From positions 256,001 to 320,000 of the forward strand of contig CAXXVL010000002.1 of the NCBI GenBank assembly GCA_963667845.2: 64,000 nucleotides of DNA, in the 5' to 3' direction. How positions within the stretch are numbered: position 1 is the first letter of the stretch; each line of letters starts with the position of its first letter. The notes beneath the pieces are model-generated. The model saw only the letters and a program-made list of their open reading frames with translations, did not search any database and was not told the DNA's origin. Shown here one piece after another: positions 21,489 to 31,464 of this stretch. Made by a program: the position numbers and the translations under genes. This stretch comes from Smithellaceae bacterium (GTDB lineage: Bacteria > Desulfobacterota > Syntrophia > Syntrophales > Smithellaceae).

Positions 21489-21584
21489 TAGGAGAGAAGA
21501 GTGAAGGCTCGTGCCTTCATGGGTTAATTTTGCTGTCGGCTAATCATGCCCGTAATTTTTTTAGTCGACACAAACTAACTTCGT
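21458..21584 (-). ncRNA. Candidate sigma54-dependent small RNA (~125 nt)
   Basis: Lies between a minus-strand -24/-12 promoter and a minus-strand intrinsic terminator; only 7- and 10-codon ORFs; CU-rich stretch between two hairpins; 5' end inferred from the promoter. Confidence 0.7.
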
Positions 21585-21595
21585 TTTTCTTTAAA

Positions 21596-21610
21596 GCATT
21601 CTTTATGCCA
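21596..21610 (-). promoter_or_regulatory. Sigma54 (-24/-12) promoter
   Basis: TGGCATAAAGAATGC, exact GG-N10-GC spacing. Confidence 0.75.
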
Positions 21611-21628
21611 ATTTTCCCGCTATAGTTG

Positions 21629-21641
21629 TAAGTAATTGATA
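21629..21641 (-). promoter_or_regulatory. IHF binding site
   Basis: TATCAATTACTTA matches WATCAANNNNTTR exactly, flanked by an AT tract. Confidence 0.65.
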
Positions 21642-21786
21642 TAATAAATTATTATAAAAAAACCCGTCCGATCAATTGGGGATGAGGAGAATGAGTATCG
21701 GCAAGAATTGTCGGATTTTTCAGGGCATTTTCAAATAAACCGAATAATTACAGTAATATGAATAAATGCCAACCTTTGCCACTCAC

Positions 21787-21802
21787 TCGACAATAATGTC
21801 GA
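21787..21802. promoter_or_regulatory. Candidate enhancer (bEBP-binding) palindrome
   Basis: TCGACA-ATAA-TGTCGA; related imperfect site TCGGCA-AGAAT-TGTCGG at 21698-21714. Confidence 0.5.
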
Positions 21803-21912
21803 AGCCCGCCTATTTATCGTTGACATTTCCCATGAATAGCTTAAGATGACCCCCAAAACAGAAAATATTCGTTCCAAAATGTCCTGTTGAATTTCAGTAA
21901 GATGAGGATATT

Positions 21913-23697
21913 ATGAATTTTTTTCGGAAAAAAGAGACCATTGTCAGGCGAGCTTCTCATACCTATAACGGCAGTTTTCTACAGCCGCTGGCCGTGGCTA
22001 TTGTTTCGGCAATTCTGGTTGCTCTGATTCTGATCATGGGTTTCCTGGACGTCCGTCGCAGTGAGTCCAACCTGGTGGGCTTTATGGAAGACCAGGCCTT
22101 CTCCACCATCAGTGTTTTGCAGCGTCTGACTGAAGACAATCTTAAGAGTATCGTGGCTGTGCCGGGGAAAGTGCCGGCCCAAACAAAGACAGCACGCCAG
22201 GACGAAGCGGATTATTCCAAAAAGCTGGTCCTCGAAGCCATCACGGCCCTGGGGCAGAAAATTGACGAACAGTGGAGAAAGAAATCGATCGACAATGCCT
22301 ACCTGAAAAAATTCGCCGCTGAACATCACTTTTGGTATGTAGCCGTCCTCGATCGGTCCGGAAACGCCGTATACCAGAGTCGGGCTTTAAAGGCCGACTT
22401 GCGCAATGCGGAAGATCTGAAATCCGGCGATCAAAAGGCAACAACCATGGATTTGCTGGAAAGGATCCGTGAGAAACGGGGCATCGGATTTGTGGCACTC
22501 AGACGCAAAGACAGCAGCGGCACGGTCGTGATCAACCTCGATAAAGAAGGACTGATTTACTGGAGCATGAAAGTCGCCGTGGACCGCGGCATCAATAAAA
22601 TGGGCGAAGGCCACGGTATCACTTACCTGCAGGTTTTTAACAGCAAAGGGCAACTGCTCAGCGTAACGGGAAAGCTGCCGGCAGGTTTAAAGGATCAGGA
22701 TTTTAACCACCGTCAGATCATGTCCGGGAAGAACAGAATTTACAGCAAAAAATTGGATGCGAAAGACGGCAAGATTCTGGATATGGCGGCGCCTTTTACA
22801 CTGGATAAGAAAGTGGTCGGCATTGTCCGCATCGGTCTCGAACGCGGTTCGATGGATAAGATCATCGCTGAAAACCAGCAGAATATAGCGATTTTCCTGT
22901 CTCTGGTCGTCATCATTGCTCTTCTGTCCATGTGGCTGCTCTATCATGATCAAAACCGCCATCTGGCCGGAATCATCGAAATGGAGCGCCGCCTGGAAAA
23001 GGCTGAACGCCTTTCTTCTCTTGGACAACTCGCCGCGGGCGTCGCCCACGAAATCCGCAACCCGCTCAATGCAATCAGCATGGCGACGCAGAGGTTAAAA
23101 AGGGATTTCAGCCCGTCCGATGAAATAAAATCGCGTGAATTTCAAAACCTGTCCAGCGTGATTCGGGATGAAATAAGAAGGCTCAACGGAATTATTGAAG
23201 AGTTTCTCTCCTTCTCGAAAAGCAGGCGCCTCGAACTGCGCGATTTTTCCGTGACGGAAGTCCTTCAGAAAATTGTCAGCCTGATGTCCGAAGAAGCCGG
23301 AACGCGGGGTATAACGCTTGAAACGAAGTGGCGGCTGAGTCCGGCCGTTATTCCCATGGATATTAATAAACTTCAACAGGCCTTTCTGAATTTCATTAAA
23401 AACGCGATGGAGTCCATTGACGGGAAGGGGACCATCACGATCGCGGTCGATAAAGAAGGCAAAAACTATATCGTCGTGAGCATCTCGGATACAGGCTGCG
23501 GCATGACGGCTGAAGAAATCGAAAAAATATTCAGCCCGGAATACACGACCAAGGAAAAAGGACTGGGGCTGGGCATTCCTCTGGCCACCGAAATTGTCCG
23601 CGGTCATGGCGGCGATATCCGTGTCATCAGCCGGCGGGGAGAGGGAACCACATTTGAAATCATCCTGCCGCGAGAAAAAATAAGCGAAAAAACCTGA
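21913..23697 (+). CDS. Membrane sensor histidine kinase (ZraS/AtoS-like)
   Basis: Two TM segments around a periplasmic domain, AHEIRNPLN, NAME, DTGCG, GLGLG. Confidence 0.93.
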   Translation: MNFFRKKETIVRRASHTYNGSFLQPLAVAIVSAILVALILIMGFLDVRRSESNLVGFMEDQAFSTISVLQRLTEDNLKSIVAVPGKVPAQTKTARQDEADYSKKLVLEAITALGQKIDEQWRKKSIDNAYLKKFAAEHHFWYVAVLDRSGNAVYQSRALKADLRNAEDLKSGDQKATTMDLLERIREKRGIGFVALRRKDSSGTVVINLDKEGLIYWSMKVAVDRGINKMGEGHGITYLQVFNSKGQLLSVTGKLPAGLKDQDFNHRQIMSGKNRIYSKKLDAKDGKILDMAAPFTLDKKVVGIVRIGLERGSMDKIIAENQQNIAIFLSLVVIIALLSMWLLYHDQNRHLAGIIEMERRLEKAERLSSLGQLAAGVAHEIRNPLNAISMATQRLKRDFSPSDEIKSREFQNLSSVIRDEIRRLNGIIEEFLSFSKSRRLELRDFSVTEVLQKIVSLMSEEAGTRGITLETKWRLSPAVIPMDINKLQQAFLNFIKNAMESIDGKGTITIAVDKEGKNYIVVSISDTGCGMTAEEIEKIFSPEYTTKEKGLGLGIPLATEIVRGHGGDIRVISRRGEGTTFEIILPREKISEKT

Positions 23698-23713
23698 ACA
23701 CCATGGACGAGAG

Positions 23714-25078
23714 ATGATGCGAAAATTAAGTATTCTGATCGTAGAAGACGGCCGTTCTCAACGGGAAATGCTGCGCGATTTTCTGATTTCCGAGGGTCAC
23801 AAAGTCATGGAGGCGGACAATGGCGAAGCGGCGATTAAAACGGTTTCGCAGAACCATTTTGATCTGATTCTGCTGGACTACAAGATGCCCGGGATGGACG
23901 GTCTGGAGGTCCTGAAAGAAGTCAAGAAGATCAACCACGAAATCGATGTCGTCATCATCACCGCTTACGGTACGATTGAAACCGCCGTGGAAGCGATCAA
24001 AGTCGGGGCCATCGACTACATTACGAAGCCGGTGGAACTCGAGGAGCTGCTCATTCTGGTGGACCGTGTGGCGGAGCGGCGCGGGCTGATTCGAGAAAAT
24101 GAACTTTTGAAACAGGAGCTGGGCAAACAGGGCATCAGCGCCGAGAAGATCATTTATAAAAGTCCTCAAATGGTGGAATTGATCAACATGGCCAGCCGCA
24201 TTGCCTCCAGCCGGGCATCCGTTTTGATCCAGGGTGAAAGCGGCACCGGGAAGGAACTTCTGGCGCGCCTGATTCATCAACTGAGTCCGCGGGTCAACAA
24301 ACCGATCGTCGTCGTCAATTGCGGCGCCTTGCAGGAAAGTCTCCTGGAGAGCGAACTCTTCGGCCATGAAAAAGGCGCTTACACCGGAGCCGCGTCCCGC
24401 CGGATCGGCCGGATCGAGGAAGCGGATGGCGGCACATTGTTTCTTGACGAAATCGGCGAGCTCAGTCCGGCCATTCAGGTCAAACTGCTCAGGTTCCTGC
24501 AGGAGCGGGAATTTTCCCGACTGGGCAGCAACGCCAGCATCTCCGTGGATGTCAGAATCATCAGCGCAACCAATCGCGATCTGGAAACGAGGGTCAAGGA
24601 AGGCGCCTTCCGCGAAGATCTCTTTTACCGGCTGAAAGTAGTGACTATGTCGCTCCCTCCGCTTAGGGAAAGAAAAGAAGACCTGCCCGCCCTGATCGAC
24701 CATTACCTCGAAAAGTTCGTCAGAGAAAATGGAAAAGCGATCCGCGGCATCACTGCGGAAGCACGGGATCTGCTCCTGAAATATGACTATCCGGGCAACG
24801 TGCGCGAGCTCGTCAACATCATGGAGCGGGCCGTCGTCATCGCCCGCGACGACTATATCACCGTGGCCGACCTGCCCTTTAAAAGCGACGCCGGCGTCAA
24901 TTCGCCGGATAAGAAGCCGTCCGGATCACTTCGGGATTCTCTTGAAGAGCTCGAAAAACGTCTGATCGGCGAGGCCATGACCAAAGCGGCGGACAACCAG
25001 ACCAAAGCGGCGGACCTGCTCGGCATGTCGGAGCGAATGCTGAGATATAAATTAAAGAAATACGAACTGAAGAATTGA
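23714..25078 (+). CDS. Sigma54-dependent response regulator (NtrC/ZraR family)
   Basis: REC domain, GESGTGKE, ELFGHEKGAYTGA, FREDLFYRL, Fis HTH. Confidence 0.95.
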   Translation: MMRKLSILIVEDGRSQREMLRDFLISEGHKVMEADNGEAAIKTVSQNHFDLILLDYKMPGMDGLEVLKEVKKINHEIDVVIITAYGTIETAVEAIKVGAIDYITKPVELEELLILVDRVAERRGLIRENELLKQELGKQGISAEKIIYKSPQMVELINMASRIASSRASVLIQGESGTGKELLARLIHQLSPRVNKPIVVVNCGALQESLLESELFGHEKGAYTGAASRRIGRIEEADGGTLFLDEIGELSPAIQVKLLRFLQEREFSRLGSNASISVDVRIISATNRDLETRVKEGAFREDLFYRLKVVTMSLPPLRERKEDLPALIDHYLEKFVRENGKAIRGITAEARDLLLKYDYPGNVRELVNIMERAVVIARDDYITVADLPFKSDAGVNSPDKKPSGSLRDSLEELEKRLIGEAMTKAADNQTKAADLLGMSERMLRYKLKKYELKN

Positions 25079-25450
25079 GACAGGGCTGTTGAAAAGAGTC
25101 CGTCTCCTGAAGGGCACGCTCCGCTGCTTTCCTTCGCATTCGGGATTGCGGCGTTTTCACAAATACGCCTCATTCCTCAGAGCAGTGAGATACGAGCCCG
25201 CAGGGATGATTCTTCTTTACCCGTACGCGGCATCAATTGACTTGCCTATCGTCTTGTTCATTGATTCAAGATTGCAATGTGCGCAGACTCGATCGCGCAT
25301 CATCGCCATGCCTGCGCTATTCCCAGCTCTGAAAGTGTTCGTTGAAGAATCCTGAAGATTATGCAACAACATCGCTCAGGCAAGTCAATCATCGAGCCTG
25401 CTCGATCTTGATTCGTGGCAAGGACGAATAAACGAAACGGAGAATCCCTT

Positions 25451-25807
25451 ATGAAGAAATTATCAGGAATAGTGCTGTTCGCCGTGTTGATTTTCTATTG
25501 CCATTCTGCGTTCGCCTTGAGCGGAAGCGATCTGGCCGATGGAATGAAAGCTTATTTGAAGGCGGAAAAAGATTACACGAAGTCAGACTATTTATTGGCC
25601 GGAAATTATATGGGGTATGTTGAAGGCGTCGCCGAAGCGACCCTTGCCGATTATTCTCTGCCAGGCACAGTCACGCCGGACATATTGTTTCGCATCGTTG
25701 CTGATTTTCTGGGAAAACATCCGGAAAGATGGAATGAACCCGCCGTTAATCTTGTTCGCAAAGCCCTGCAGGAAGCTTATCCAAAATATCTGATCAGAAA
25801 TAAATGA
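25451..25807 (+). CDS. Rap1a/Tai-like secreted immunity family protein
   Basis: Signal peptide, SGSDL, GYVEGV, FLGKHPERWNEPA...ALQEAYP. Confidence 0.65.
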   Translation: MKKLSGIVLFAVLIFYCHSAFALSGSDLADGMKAYLKAEKDYTKSDYLLAGNYMGYVEGVAEATLADYSLPGTVTPDILFRIVADFLGKHPERWNEPAVNLVRKALQEAYPKYLIRNK

Positions 25808-25942
25808 AACCCTCCGGATGCACAAAGCCGTGCTCTTGCCGGCAGATCTTCTTCTAGTCGCACGCTTTGTAACGGCTGACTGACCCGTTGCGCACGAGCG
25901 TGAGCTTCCACCTCTCACTGTTCAAAAGGGAACAGCATGAAT

Positions 25943-26779
25943 TCAGTTCAGGCACGGAAGGGCCAGCTGTACTTTTTGCAGCGCTTTCTTCTCAATCTGG
26001 CGAATGCGTTCGCGGGTTATTTTATATTTATCGCCGATCTCCTGCAGGGTCAGCGGCTCATCCGCCATCACACGATTCCGGATAATGAAGCTTTCCCTTT
26101 CGCTCAGTGTGGCCAAGACGCCGGCGATATCGCGCTTCACGAGGCTTTTTTCCTCCTCTTTGATCAGCGAGGTTTCCTGATCATCCCCGTCATGGACGAG
26201 AAAATCGAGATGGGGGGTGTCACCGTCGTCACCGATAATTTCGTTGAGGGATAGGTCGCGGGTCCCCATCCGCATATCCATCTCGCAGACTTCGGAACCC
26301 TTAACGCCCAGAGATTCGGCGATTTCGCTGAATTCCGGATTTCTTTTGGACAGCCTCTCCAATTTATTTCTCGCCTGGCTCAACTTGAAAAACAGCTTTC
26401 TCTGCGCCTGAGTTGTTCCGATTTTGACGAGGCTCCACGACTTGATCAAATAATTCTGGATATAGGCGCGTATCCACCAGACCGCGTATGAGATCAGGCG
26501 GTAGCCTTTATAAGGATCGAATTTTTTGACAGCGTGGATAAGCCCGATATTCCCCTCCTGAATCAGGTCGGCAAGCTTATACCCATAATTACGGTACTCG
26601 TGGGCGATCTTGACGACAAAGCGCAGGTTGGAAACGATCAGCTTTTCCGCGGCATCCATGTCGTAGTATTTCTTGAGCCGGACGGACAGCTTGAATTCGT
26701 CCTGAGGAGTCAGTAAAGGGAAACGGTTGATCTCGGTCATGTATACGTCAAGATTTCCGGCAGCGATAGGTAGTTTCAA
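25943..26779 (-). CDS. rpoH: RNA polymerase sigma-32 factor
   Basis: DLIQEGNIGL, RpoH box GTTQAQRKLFFKL, TRERIRQIE; TTG start at 26779 follows GGAGG (alternative ATG 26794). Confidence 0.93.
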   Translation of the reverse strand: MKLPIAAGNLDVYMTEINRFPLLTPQDEFKLSVRLKKYYDMDAAEKLIVSNLRFVVKIAHEYRNYGYKLADLIQEGNIGLIHAVKKFDPYKGYRLISYAVWWIRAYIQNYLIKSWSLVKIGTTQAQRKLFFKLSQARNKLERLSKRNPEFSEIAESLGVKGSEVCEMDMRMGTRDLSLNEIIGDDGDTPHLDFLVHDGDDQETSLIKEEEKSLVKRDIAGVLATLSERESFIIRNRVMADEPLTLQEIGDKYKITRERIRQIEKKALQKVQLALPCLN

Positions 26780-26896
26780 GGTCGAATCCTCCATAAGGTT
26801 GATGATATAAATCCGACGGCCATATTTTCCTTAACCGTTGGATGCACTCTAATCCGAAGGAAGAAAGTAAACAATAATGGTTAAGTTGGAGGATAT

Positions 26897-26915
26897 TGGT
26901 AGTAAGAAACTACCA
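26897..26915. promoter_or_regulatory. Palindromic operator GGTAG-N7-CTACC upstream of rpoH
   Basis: TGGTAGT-AAGAA-ACTACCA; near-identical site at 33911-33937. Confidence 0.65.
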
Positions 26916-27049
26916 TATTTGGATATCATAAAAGCGCTCAGGAGAATGCGAGCCGCCGGGGTGGAGGAGAGAGGACGCGCATCAACGTGCTCAAAAACGA
27001 TAAAAGCCGCCTTCGAGAGCGGCTTTTATACGTTGGCTGCAATATCTTC

Positions 27050-27529
27050 TTATTTTGTAAAACGTTTTTTCATATCACACAGAAGCGCGTAGTGCTTTCG
27101 TTCCTCTTCGATAATCTTTTCAATAGCGTCATGCTGCGCCGCCGGGACGAGGTTTTTGACTTCATGATAGTATAGAATGGAATCGAGCTCGCGCTGCATG
27201 GCAAAATCAAAAGCGCCCACTGTGTCTTTCACGCCCGCCAGCTGCTTGTCCATGACTTCTTTCGTAAAGATAATATTGTTATCAACATAGTTGCGGAGGT
27301 ATGCGCTGTATTCGCCCGCATACTGCTCAGCGGGAGTATATTTATCGACAACCGCAAAAAACTTTTCAAACGTGCGCTTGTGCCCGGCTTCGGCGTCCGC
27401 CAGAAAGGCAAAGAGCTTTTTGGCCTCTTCCTGTTTGGCAAGTTGTTCGGCGAATTTGTAAAAGATGATTCCGTTTTCTTCTATTCTGATGGCGACCTGG
27501 ACAATGTCACTTGCTGCAAATACCTGCAT
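27050..27529 (-). CDS. Ferritin-like/rubrerythrin family protein
   Basis: IEENGIIFY...EAGH, ELDSILYY...EERKH. Confidence 0.85.
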   Translation of the reverse strand: MQVFAASDIVQVAIRIEENGIIFYKFAEQLAKQEEAKKLFAFLADAEAGHKRTFEKFFAVVDKYTPAEQYAGEYSAYLRNYVDNNIIFTKEVMDKQLAGVKDTVGAFDFAMQRELDSILYYHEVKNLVPAAQHDAIEKIIEEERKHYALLCDMKKRFTK

Positions 27530-27609
27530 ATCAATGCCTCCTGAATTCTTAAATTGTTGAGATCAGATTGTACATATTTTAAACGTTAATGCAACGTTTT
27601 ACTGGCCCG

Positions 27610-28674
27610 TTAAATCCACTTCTTCTTGCGGAATAAGATAAGCATGAAGGCCGCGATTGCCAACATGACCGCCCACAGCGCGAAATACCCCAAGGGCCAC
27701 CGCAGCTCCGGCATGTTCTTGAAATTCATACCGTAAACCCCTGCCAAAAATGTCAGCGGCATGAATATGGTTGCGATAATGGTCAGAACTTTCATCACCT
27801 GATTCATTCTCATGCTGGCGGCGGACAGATAAATGTCCAGCATCCCCGCCAGCATATCGCGGAATGTGTCGACCGTGTCCACTACCGCAATGATGTGGTC
27901 GTAAATATCTTTGAAGTATACGAGATCGGAATCGCTGATTAAAGGAGAACCCGACCGCTGCAGCAGGCCAATCGCCTCCCGAAGCGGCCACAGCGACTTG
28001 CGCAGCACAATCAGCTCTTTTTTCAACTGATGGATCGCCTGCAGTTTGGCCGGTGTGGTTTGCCTGATCAGGTCATCCTCCAGTTGCTCGATCTTTTCCT
28101 CGATACCCTCCAGCACGATAAAGTAATGATCGACAATGGCGTCCAGCAAATGATGCGCGAGATAATCCGCCCCGGCCATGCGGATTCTTCCCTTGCAGGC
28201 TTGAAGTCTGTCGCGAATGGGATTAAAGAGATCACCTTTTTTTTCCTGAAACGACAAGACAAAATTTTTGCCCAGAATGATGCTGACCTGGTGTGCATGC
28301 AGGTCCCGATCAACATGGTTGTGGATATCCTTTAAAACGATGAAGATGTAATTACCGAAATCCTCCGCTTTGGGCCGCTGATCGGTGTTGAGAATATCCT
28401 CCAGAATCAGGGGATGCAGACCGAATAGGACACCGATTGCTCCGAGAAGCTGCACATCCTGCAATCCGTCGATATTGACCCAGAGGATGCCCGGCTGCTC
28501 CTTTTCTTTCCGCAGCTCATCGAGGGAGCAGTCTTCTTTCTCCACCAGCGATGCTTCATCGTAGCGGGTCGACGTGATGCTCGGTCGATCCGCATAGGCA
28601 ATGCCGACGTGGACCAGAGCTCCGGGACTCAGCCCGGCCTTTTTTGAACGTTTTTTTAAAGCGGATTCCACCAC
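27610..28674 (-). CDS. corA: Magnesium/cobalt transporter CorA
   Basis: LHPLILEDI, QRPK, YGMNF, MPEL. Confidence 0.95.
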   Translation of the reverse strand: MVESALKKRSKKAGLSPGALVHVGIAYADRPSITSTRYDEASLVEKEDCSLDELRKEKEQPGILWVNIDGLQDVQLLGAIGVLFGLHPLILEDILNTDQRPKAEDFGNYIFIVLKDIHNHVDRDLHAHQVSIILGKNFVLSFQEKKGDLFNPIRDRLQACKGRIRMAGADYLAHHLLDAIVDHYFIVLEGIEEKIEQLEDDLIRQTTPAKLQAIHQLKKELIVLRKSLWPLREAIGLLQRSGSPLISDSDLVYFKDIYDHIIAVVDTVDTFRDMLAGMLDIYLSAASMRMNQVMKVLTIIATIFMPLTFLAGVYGMNFKNMPELRWPLGYFALWAVMLAIAAFMLILFRKKKWI

Positions 28675-28683
28675 GACTCTCTC

Positions 28684-30135
28684 CTATTTCTTTCTGACGC
28701 GGATGTTCACCAGGACCGATGGTGTCTTTCCGTCCGGGAACTGGACACCGGCGGTTCCGGCAAGGGCCAGCGCCGTCGTGGAAGAGGATGATATCGTTTG
28801 CAAATCCAGGGGCTCCGTTTCCAGACGGATGTCCTCAGGCTTGATCCTAGGATGAATCATCACGCGGATGCTCGCCGGTTGAACACTGATTCTCTGCACG
28901 ACAAGATCATCGGGCAGCACGTTACGGGTGACAACATGAACGGCAACCGTCGCGGGAACAAGGCGGGATGCATAAACACGGATTTTAACGGGATTGATCT
29001 CGGCAACCGTTAAATTGGAAGGGGCATTAACCATTTCTTTCGTCAAAGTGAATTCACGTTTTTTATCGGCAATCGGCGCCAGATCAAGCGAGAGCCTGAG
29101 CGACCTTTCATTGAGCAGCCGGAAAGCCTGCTCGGGCCCCTGAAGGATGACCTTGGCTTCCGTCAGTTGCGGCTCATCAATCTGCCAGCTTGGCGGAATA
29201 TTTTTATACTCAAGGGGGATGATGAAATCACGGCGCACAATGTCCCGCTGGTAACCGAAGGCCACCCACAAAATGCAGGCCAGCCCCAGGGCAATGAGTT
29301 TTTCCTTGGTATTTTCCCGAAGCCAGCCCCAGACCGGTCTTTTGGAGGGCGCGGGCCGGTATTTCGCATAATGCTTTTTCAGAATATCGTTTAGCGCCGA
29401 GGCGCCGGGAATCACCGTAAGCATCTCCCCTTCGGCGACTGAAATGGTTCCCCGCTCCTCGGATACGACGACACACAAGGCGTCCGGGCGCTCGGTCAAT
29501 CCCCGTGCCGCCGTATGGCGCAAACCGATATTCTCGTTCCGGGCGATGTTGACCGATAAGGGCAGATGACAACCGAACATCATAATGCGGTCATCTTTGA
29601 TCACGACCGCACCGTCATGACCATGGGAATGAGGATCGAAAATGCTGGACAGAAGCGGTTCGCTGATCTCGCCGTTGAGCGGTATGCCGCCGGTCAAATG
29701 ACGGTCCAGCGGATCTTCGCCCTGGATCACCATCAAAGCGCCGATACGCTTCTTCGCCAGATCCCCCGCCGTCTCGGCAATGATGTTGGCCGCCTTTTCC
29801 AGAGCCGACAGGGGCAAGGCTTCCTTGCGCAGGTTGCCCAGCATCCCCAGACGTTCAAAAAATCCCCGCAGGTCTTCCTGAAAGATGACCACCAGCACAA
29901 AAAGCAAAATGGCGAAAAACCCCTGAAGAACGATCAGCGTCAGATAGAGTTGAAAGAACCGGGCCGCCAGATATACGCCCCCCAGGAGCAAAACGCCGAA
30001 AAGAACAAATCGCGACGCGCGGGTTTTAAACCACATCAAAAGCGCAAAGATCATCGCAGCGATTATCGCTACGTCCAAAACATCCTGAATACGAATGCTG
30101 GCGATCACCTGGGCTGCCGAACTGACAATAACCAT
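28684..30135 (-). CDS. Diadenylate cyclase (CdaA/DisA_N) fused to YbbR-like domains
   Basis: Three TM segments, HDGAVV, GLRHTAA, VVSEERG, then a TM and YbbR-type beta domains. Confidence 0.85.
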   Translation of the reverse strand: MVIVSSAAQVIASIRIQDVLDVAIIAAMIFALLMWFKTRASRFVLFGVLLLGGVYLAARFFQLYLTLIVLQGFFAILLFVLVVIFQEDLRGFFERLGMLGNLRKEALPLSALEKAANIIAETAGDLAKKRIGALMVIQGEDPLDRHLTGGIPLNGEISEPLLSSIFDPHSHGHDGAVVIKDDRIMMFGCHLPLSVNIARNENIGLRHTAARGLTERPDALCVVVSEERGTISVAEGEMLTVIPGASALNDILKKHYAKYRPAPSKRPVWGWLRENTKEKLIALGLACILWVAFGYQRDIVRRDFIIPLEYKNIPPSWQIDEPQLTEAKVILQGPEQAFRLLNERSLRLSLDLAPIADKKREFTLTKEMVNAPSNLTVAEINPVKIRVYASRLVPATVAVHVVTRNVLPDDLVVQRISVQPASIRVMIHPRIKPEDIRLETEPLDLQTISSSSTTALALAGTAGVQFPDGKTPSVLVNIRVRKK

Positions 30136-30620
30136 ATGGCTGCTTTCCGTTTTAACGAGACATTGCTGGTGATCATTTAACGAAATTCCTGAAGGCGTGT
30201 CAAGCAGGATTGCGAAGGGAATGTCCTCGCGAAAGCGATCATACCGGATATCAGCCCTGTTGCCTGCGCAGTGCGCGAGACCGGCAGATCGTACTGCAAA
30301 AATTGATCGGATCCGTTGACGGCAATGATCGGCGAACGCATTTGAGACGTGACCTCGAACCTGCCTGAAGGTTCATCGGCAAAATAATCCAGGGCTGTCT
30401 AAACGGGGGATATCCGTTATTTCTCCATAAAACTCATTTTGCTTATTTGATAGACTGCACCACGGGCGGGTTGCTCCTCACGAATTTGCGCTTTCATCAT
30501 GATATGCGGCGACGAAACAATGGGAGTATTTGCCTACCGAACCCCGTGATATCTTCTACTATAGTTTTTTAAAAGATCGGACGCTACATTAAAGACGCGC
30601 CATGAGCGGAAGAATTAAAT

Positions 30621-30684
30621 TTAATCAACAATCTAGCAGTTAGCTACGGAGAATTAACGCTCGTTACGCGTGAGCGGGATTAAA
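30621..30684 (+). repeat. Dispersed structured repeat, copy A (short, degenerate)
   Basis: TTAATC...GGAGAATTAACGCTCGTTACGCGTGAGCGGGATTAA. Confidence 0.8.
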
Positions 30685-30696
30685 AGCGAGGTCGAG

Positions 30697-31407
30697 ATGG
30701 AGCAGACAATTCGTATCCTGATGCTGGAAGACGTCGCGACCGATGCGGCTCTGATCGAAGATGAATTGCAAAGCGCTGATCTCAGCTATGTCTCCTGCGT
30801 CGTTGCGAACCGTAGAGACTATCTCACGGCACTCGATCATTTCGATCCTGACATCATCCTTTCGGATTATCATCTTCCCCAGTATGACGGCCTCTCTGCT
30901 TTAGATGACGCCAGACTCCATCTGCGCGCGGACATTCCTTTTATTCTCGTAACAGGCGCCATCGCCGAAGAGCTGGCCATTGATATCCTGATCAAAGGAG
31001 CAAACGACTACGTGATGAAGAATCGTTTGCAGAGGCTTGTTCCCGCCGTGCAGCGGGCCTTGGAAGAAGCTCTGGAAATCAGATCCCGAAAAGAGGCGGA
31101 AGACGCCTTGCGCAGGGCGCATGAGGAACTCGAGATGCTGGTCGTCCTGAGAACTGCCGAACTGCAGAGAGAAATTGAAGAGCGAAAAAAGACGGAGGAA
31201 TCCCTGCGGGAAGCTCTGGCACGGATAAGGACATTGAGCGGTCTGTTGCCGATTTGCGCGTCGTGCAAAAAAATCCGCGATGACGAAAACAACTGGGTCC
31301 AGATAGAATCCTATATCAAGAATCATTCCGATGCGGATTTCACGCACGGGGTTTGCCCCGAATGCGCGGTCAAGCTCTATCCGAAAGCATTTAACATCCA
31401 ACACTGA
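30697..31407 (+). CDS. Response regulator: REC, coiled coil, C-terminal CxxC/CxxC domain
   Basis: ILSDYHLP; LLPICASCKKIRDD...FTHGVCPEC. Confidence 0.88.
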   Translation: MEQTIRILMLEDVATDAALIEDELQSADLSYVSCVVANRRDYLTALDHFDPDIILSDYHLPQYDGLSALDDARLHLRADIPFILVTGAIAEELAIDILIKGANDYVMKNRLQRLVPAVQRALEEALEIRSRKEAEDALRRAHEELEMLVVLRTAELQREIEERKKTEESLREALARIRTLSGLLPICASCKKIRDDENNWVQIESYIKNHSDADFTHGVCPECAVKLYPKAFNIQH

Positions 31408-31464
31408 ATCAAACGTCTGCCGGCTCATCCACGGCGGCGCCCCCGATCGACGTTCTCCTTTCCG

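Noticed and set aside
26841..26867. CIRCE element upstream of rpoH
   Set aside because: Only a GCACTC half-site; no matching second arm at 9-nt spacing
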